Shown here one piece after another: positions 60,401 through 64,000 of a stretch of DNA of 64,000 nt. Under the pieces are notes generated by a model that was not told the origin of the DNA, did not search any database, and saw only the letters and a program-made list of their open reading frames with translations. A program made the translations under genes and the position numbers. Numbering within the stretch: the first letter of the stretch is position 1; every line of letters starts with the position of its first letter. Origin of the DNA: Malacoraja senta (taxonomy: Eukaryota); the NCBI GenBank assembly GCA_038087875.1, contig CM075985.1:39370001-39434000 (forward strand), given 5' to 3'.

Positions 60401-61178
60401 CCTCTGTGGCAGAGAATTCCAGCGATTCACCACTCTCTGTGTGAAAAATGTTTTTCTCATCTCAGTCCTAAAAGACTTCCCCCTTATCCTTAAACTGTGA
60501 CCCCTTGTCCTGGACTTCCCCAACATCGGGAACAATCTTCCTGCATCTAGCCTGTCCAACCCCTTAAGAATTATGTAAGTTTCTATAAGATCCCCCCTCA
60601 ATCTTCTAAATTCTAGCGAGTACAAGCTGAGTCTATCCAGTACCCAGGTTACTGATTACTTTGGGCTGCTGATTATTTTGGGAAGCACACTGAGACTGCT
60701 CCACACCCTCCATGGGATCCCCGGTTGGGGGCTGAAAGCTTGGATCCTTGATTCCCAGTCTGTGGGGACCTGCCCTGTCCCACAGCAATGGGTGGGCCGT
60801 GTGATGTGGGGCCGAGAGGCTTCCTCCCTCAGTGCAGAGACACTAGTAACACTGGGTCTGTATGAAGAGGACATCTGGGTCCCTCAATGTACAGTACTGG
60901 CACCATAGTAACACTAGGGGTGTACGAGGAGACAATCACCAGAACACTTCCTGGTCAGTGCAGACAGTGGTTGGGGTTGGGTGTGTATCAGGTTAATCCC
61001 CACGACTCCCTGGTGGGGGATGTACAAGGGGACATGGTCACTGGGACCCTCCTTGGTCAGTGCAGACACTGGGTGGGGGATGTACAAGGGGAAAATGGGA
61101 CAGTCTCCCAGCTGTGGTGTGGATCCTGACCTCTCTCCACCCTCTGTTCCAGGTCTGATGGCCGCTACGGTCAGTTAA
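27397..61178 (+). CDS. mhc2dab: MHC class II beta chain (DAB-like), 6 coding exons: join(27397..27493,50571..50840,54849..55130,56526..56642,60150..60179,61153..61178); 822 nt, 273 aa
   Basis: Hand-spliced protein: [273 protein letters not shown]. All introns are GT-AG phase 1, there are no stops or frameshifts, and the 270 and 282 nt domain exons are typical class II beta sizes. The DAB lineage label is by resemblance, not phylogeny. Confidence 0.93.
27744..29799 (-). mobile_element. Tc1/mariner transposon, IR/DR type, defective transposase
   Basis: TA-flanked ends CAGTGCCCT..AATGTTTGGGACAAAGAC; ~220-bp TIRs with an internal direct repeat (ccataatgtttgg at ~27751 and ~27948). Transposase pieces include the HTH ([18 protein letters not shown]) and [12 protein letters not shown]. 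Confidence 0.95.
28569..28976. mobile_element. Penelope fragment with inverted pLTR ends nested in the Tc1
   Basis: Inverted termini (~28609-28667 vs ~28913-28974), GIY-YIG C-terminal remnant, 13-bp TSD tcactctgataca / tcactcggataca. Confidence 0.85.
29837..30028. mobile_element. MITE with 20-bp perfect TIRs (PIF/Harbinger-like, inferred)
   Basis: AGGGCCTGTCCCACTTGGGC ... GCCCAAGTGGGACAGGCCCT; flanks TTG / TTA. Confidence 0.8.
31655..32190 (+). mobile_element. CR1 LINE fragment
   Basis: [30 protein letters not shown]. Confidence 0.88.
33115..33475 (-). mobile_element. Penelope 3' fragment (GIY-YIG endonuclease)
   Basis: [53 protein letters not shown]. Confidence 0.9.
33909..34774. mobile_element. 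hAT-type non-autonomous element
   Basis: TIRs CAGGGCCGGAAATC / GATTTCCGTGCCTG; 8-bp TSD CCCTACGG (33901-33908) / CCCTACAG (34775-34782). Confidence 0.85.
36568..37262 (-). mobile_element. CR1 LINE 3' fragment
   Basis: [45 protein letters not shown]..; (CATAGAAA)n tail at ~36568. Confidence 0.92.
38290..38892. mobile_element. Tandem ~300-bp units of a Helitron-like non-autonomous repeat
   Basis: Direct repeats at ~38418 and ~38719 (agtttattaag..gggaattact..gtcaaatggaa..cctaaaattgt); ctagaccaa at 38571 matches the terminus at 44516. Confidence 0.45.
38893..44501 (-). mobile_element. L1 LINE, 5'-truncated in ORF1, with ORF2 broken into five pieces
   Basis: ORF1 ([15 protein letters not shown]..) 43994-44500; EN (SWNISG..FLQEMH..IMGGDFN) 42422-43018; RT ([23 protein letters not shown]) 39915-41519; C-terminus 39224-39790. 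A-rich tail at 38893-38925; TSD ttcgtc(a)ttttt followed by aa. Confidence 0.96.
45896..48118. mobile_element. Complete 2,223-bp non-autonomous composite DNA transposon with 5-bp TSD (hAT5-like, inferred)
   Basis: TIR CAGGGCTC / GAGCCCTG, subterminal CCGGGCAACC and TTTAGGTTGC motifs at both ends, TSD CCTGA (45891-45895, 48119-48123). Excising it restores the CR1 sequence. Confidence 0.9.
46849..46876 (-). ncRNA. Minimal hammerhead-ribozyme-like core in a Penelope pLTR piece
   Basis: Minus strand CUGAAGA-A-GGGU(CUCC)ACCC-GAAA-CGUU: catalytic boxes, helix II and palindromic ACGU helix III are present, but helix I is only ~2 bp locally. Confidence 0.35.
50571..50840 (+). CDS. mhc2dab: MHC class II beta exon 2 (beta-1 peptide-binding domain)
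   Basis: Acceptor ccctccccaacag|GA, donor G|gtgaga, 270 nt. Cys pair (GCKF...RVCENN), N-glycan sequon NSS just after the first Cys, W-N motif (DRWNN), YFDYD core. Confidence 0.97.
51880..52400 (-). mobile_element. Degenerate Rex1/Babar RT fragment
   Basis: [27 protein letters not shown], then [16 protein letters not shown]. Confidence 0.75.
52995..53790 (-). mobile_element. CR1 LINE fragment
   Basis: [21 protein letters not shown].., [23 protein letters not shown].. Confidence 0.9.
54849..55130 (+). CDS. mhc2dab: MHC class II beta exon 3 (beta-2 Ig C1-set domain)
   Basis: Acceptor ttctcctccag|TT, donor G|gtaagg, 282 nt. [28 protein letters not shown] and [10 protein letters not shown] motifs. 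Confidence 0.98.
55825..56180 (+). mobile_element. CR1 LINE 3' fragment in intron 3
   Basis: [31 protein letters not shown].. Confidence 0.85.
56526..56642 (+). CDS. mhc2dab: MHC class II beta exon 4 (connecting peptide + transmembrane)
   Basis: Acceptor ccaccccacag|AG, donor G|gtgagc, 117 nt. [28 protein letters not shown] resembles class II beta TM segments. Confidence 0.95.
56985..58170 (+). mobile_element. CR1 LINE fragment in intron 4
   Basis: [22 protein letters not shown]; [12 protein letters not shown]; CR1 3' tail. Confidence 0.88.
58313..58985 (+). mobile_element. Rex1/Babar 3' fragment in intron 4
   Basis: [24 protein letters not shown]..; near-identical by eye to 6590-7255. Confidence 0.9.
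60150..60179 (+). CDS. mhc2dab: MHC class II beta exon 5 (cytoplasmic mini-exon)
   Basis: ctttctcttccag|CTATCCTGGATTCCACCAGCCACGGCCCAC|gtaagt; 30 nt, phase 1-1, encodes (A)ILDSTSHGP. Confidence 0.85.
60187..60642 (-). mobile_element. CR1 LINE 3' fragment in intron 5
   Basis: [16 protein letters not shown]..; (CATAGAAA)n tail starts ~7 nt after the exon 5 donor. Confidence 0.9.
61153..61178 (+). CDS. mhc2dab: MHC class II beta exon 6, coding part (ends in TAA)
   Basis: ctctgttccag|GT CTG ATG GCC GCT ACG GTC AGT TAA; completes the Arg codon split with exon 5 and gives RLMAATVS*. Confidence 0.82.
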
Positions 61179-61572
61179 CCACGCCGCTGGCACGATGCAG
61201 CTTCTGCCGCCGGTGACCGGTCAGGACTGCACGGTTTCCCTGGGACTGGGCAGTGACTCGGGAGTCACCGGAGTGGAGATCTGCTCGGTCCCGGCTGTGG
61301 AAGCAGGTTCACTGGTCACCTTGGGGTAGAGGTTCACCTGCGTCCGGTTCCTGCCGACTCAATGTGACGGCAGCTTGTGGCAACCAGAGATCGTCACCAT
61401 CTCACTCCACAGGTGAGGTCTGGGGGTCAACCCCAAGACTCCTGGAACTCCCCCTCACTCCAGTCTCACTGATGGTAAAGCTGCATCTATCTACCTGTTG
61501 CTATTTTCTACACTTTATAATGAATTACCTTTGTGTAAACCCTCATCTCTGTACCTGTCGCTGGAACATTTG

Positions 61573-61578
61573 ATTAAA
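61573..61578 (+). terminator. Candidate polyadenylation signal ATTAAA of the class II beta gene
   Basis: Variant hexamer 395 nt after the stop, followed by a GT-rich tract (cacgtgttgtgtctctctgttg). No AATAAA seen closer to the stop. Confidence 0.5.
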
Positions 61579-62499
61579 GACTCTGGGATACTTGTCACGT
61601 GTTGTGTCTCTCTGTTGCCACGATCGGTCACCTGCTGGTACTGTTCTCTCAGCTGCTCTCAGACCCACAACACCAGGGGCCTCAGTTCCTCACTGAATGT
61701 GGTGGTGGACACTGGTCAGACCCAGACCCTCCCACAAGCCGTCTGGGTCCAGGATAAACTGGATACTCTGCTTCCTGCTGTGTGGACTCAGTCCTGGGGT
61801 GAAGGTTGTTTACCTTCTGTCCTTCACACCTTCCACCCACAAGCAGCCAGGTGGTGATGGGGCATCGATTGCCTGTGGCTGGAGGTACAGACATTGACTC
61901 TGTTCCCCGTGAGCTTGGGTTCAGTCAGTGTCACTGGTCCTAAACATCACTGACGGTGGGAGTGATCTATGTGGAACCTGAGTGAGCTGATGTGCAAGGC
62001 ATTGATCTACTCATCCAGCCCACAGGCCCTGCTCCCCAACCCTCTCCTCAACCTGGGCTCCACTCAGGGCAGAAGGGAAACCCAATGGTGATGATCAAAG
62101 GAGACCAGCAACTGCAGATGCTGGAATCTTGAGCAAGACAGTGCTGAATCTTTGTAGCTTGGGGTGGGGGTGGGGGTGGGGGGGGGGAAGATAAAGCTGA
62201 AACCGTGTGAGTGGGACAGTTGATGGGGTATTTCACAGATCGGAGGTCAAAGGCTAGAGATGAAAAGAGTAGCAAAATGAATTGTGAAGGGATAGGAGTG
62301 GATGGGGAAGAAGTGAAAATCAAACTACAAATAAGGGAAATCTAAAATAATAACACTGAAGAATTCAACAGGTCAGTCAGTGTTTGCTGATGAGGCAGGT
62401 GGAGGAAATCTCCAGTGGGAGCTGAGCAGAGGGAGTGTGGGAGAGTCTGATGCAGAAGTCTGTTCTCCGGGTGGGGGGGGGGGGTGTTATGGGCTTAGG

Positions 62500-63760
62500 G
62501 GGGTGGTTTACTCCCCAGGATGTTGGGATCAGTGAACAGCTTCAGTGAGGGGTAAGGGATAGAGGGTGGGTCTGTGACTGGTGCACTGGGCCAACGCCAG
62601 GCTGAATGGTGGATGTGCCTGCAGTGGGTGGAGGGAGAGTGGGCATCCACAGGAGAAGGGAGCAGAAGGTGCTGGGATCTGGGAAACATTCCAGGGATGT
62701 GCAGAGAGAAGGTTGGGTGGGGAGGGATGTGGTCAAACTCCTCATCCATGGGAGAGGGCTGTTTTAGTGTGGGAAAGGCGGGGGGGGCAACTCTGAGGGA
62801 CAAGAGGTGGGGATTGGAGGAGGGACAACAGGCGTGATGTAGTGATGGAAGGAGGAGAAGTTCTTGGGAAAGGTCGTGGACGATGGAAGGAAACCACGGG
62901 TTGGGCCAGGAAATGAGGCTCCATCACATCTGGGTGACCCAGGCAGAGCTGGCTGGGCCCAGCTTCACCTGAGGCCCTGACCTCAGTGTCATCATCACCC
63001 AGTGAGGGGGAAGGGTTGGCACGGGCATGGATGAGTCTGCCACGGGCAGGTGTTGAAGGGGGTGGGTTGAGGACAGTCGGGGGTGGACAAAGGAGGGCAG
63101 CCAGGTGGGACATGGTGACAACACAAGCACCTGGTGCTCTGAATTGGGGCACGTGGAGAGAGGGGGAGTTGGGCTGGTCAGACAGTGGTCCTGAGGTAAA
63201 TCAGCCATGGGGAGAGATCCAGGACCTGATCAACTGCAGTCTGGAGAGGGAACAATGGTGGTGGCTGCTTGGACAATGAAGATGGTGGCAGCTTGGACAA
63301 TGAAGATGGTGGCAGCTTGGACAATGAAGATGGTGGCAGCTTGGATAATGAAGATGGTGGCTGCTTGAACAGTTCCCCAATCCCAGAACATTCCCCAGAC
63401 TGGTAGGAAATGGACGTCAGTGTGAGAGAGAGGGAGGGGGAGTTGGGGAAACATGGTACAGCTACCCCACCCCTGGGGAAACGTGAGATCGGTCACTGAG
63501 GAAGTGGTGATGGAGGCAACAACAGCTCTGGGCAAAGTTGGCCTGGACATGTCTGACAAAATGGCGTGGCCATCTCGGAGGAGGTGACCAGCAGTGACAT
63601 GGGTGAACCAGTCCTGTGTTCGGGTGCTGCTGGTAAGTTCAGATTAGAAACCAGGATCTGCAGGTGCTGGTTTACAAAAAAAGACAAAGTGCTGGAGTAA
63701 CTCAGTCGGGCAGCATCTCCGGAGAACATGGATGGTGATGTTTTGGGTCTGGACCCTTTT
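62500..63760 (-). mobile_element. Highly degenerate Penelope-like remnant with an internal 24-bp tandem (63270-63362) and pLTR piece (~63650-63760)
   Basis: The pLTR motif gtgctggagtaactcag..gcagcatctcc is clear. The coding resemblance (QAATIFIV repeats, TALSHG) is weak. Confidence 0.3.
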
Positions 63761-64000
63761 CCACACCTTTCAAGTGCACATTCCTGGGGTGATGTACGGA
63801 CATGGATTGAGGTCTGAAGAATATGTCTAAATCAGAGGGTGGACATGAGTGAGCATCAGCTTGGGTGAGTGGCCCATGGCTGCCACAGGGATGGGTACTG
63901 GGTCCAATTTGATGGTCAGTTGGGTCAAGTGTAAACTATCCAGGTTTACTGATGATACAGAGATGGTGGAATTGTGGCATGTGGGGAACACCGGAGATTG

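Overview
Vertebrate genomic DNA, inferred to be from a cartilaginous fish (shark, skate or ray) from the repeat families and the protein sequence. About 75-80% (rough estimate) is interspersed or tandem repeat, and there are two N gaps (12407-12594, 12837-13036). The only host gene I can support is an intact six-exon MHC class II beta chain gene on the + strand (CDS 27397-61178). It encodes 273 aa, all five introns are phase-1 GT-AG, and intron 1 is 23,077 bp and packed with transposons. The most striking feature is its promoter: the 1.4 kb directly upstream of the TATA box is a tandem array of about 58 units of 24-26 bp. Nearly every unit carries a Y-box/CCAAT core (TGATTGG) and an X1/RFX-like half-site (GTTGCT, reverse complement AGCAAC), and the array abuts a Tx1 LINE remnant with no single-copy DNA between them. 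The beta-1 domain has Asn at the normally His position beta-81. The rest is nested mobile DNA: CR1, L2, Rex1/Babar, Tx1, L1, Penelope (with hammerhead-like cores), Tc1, hAT-like and Harbinger-like MITEs, Helitron-like ends and SINEs. A CACCATCACTGTG satellite at 13.2-21.5 kb has been split by repeated insertions. Repeat boundaries were read by eye and are approximate unless a TIR or TSD is quoted.
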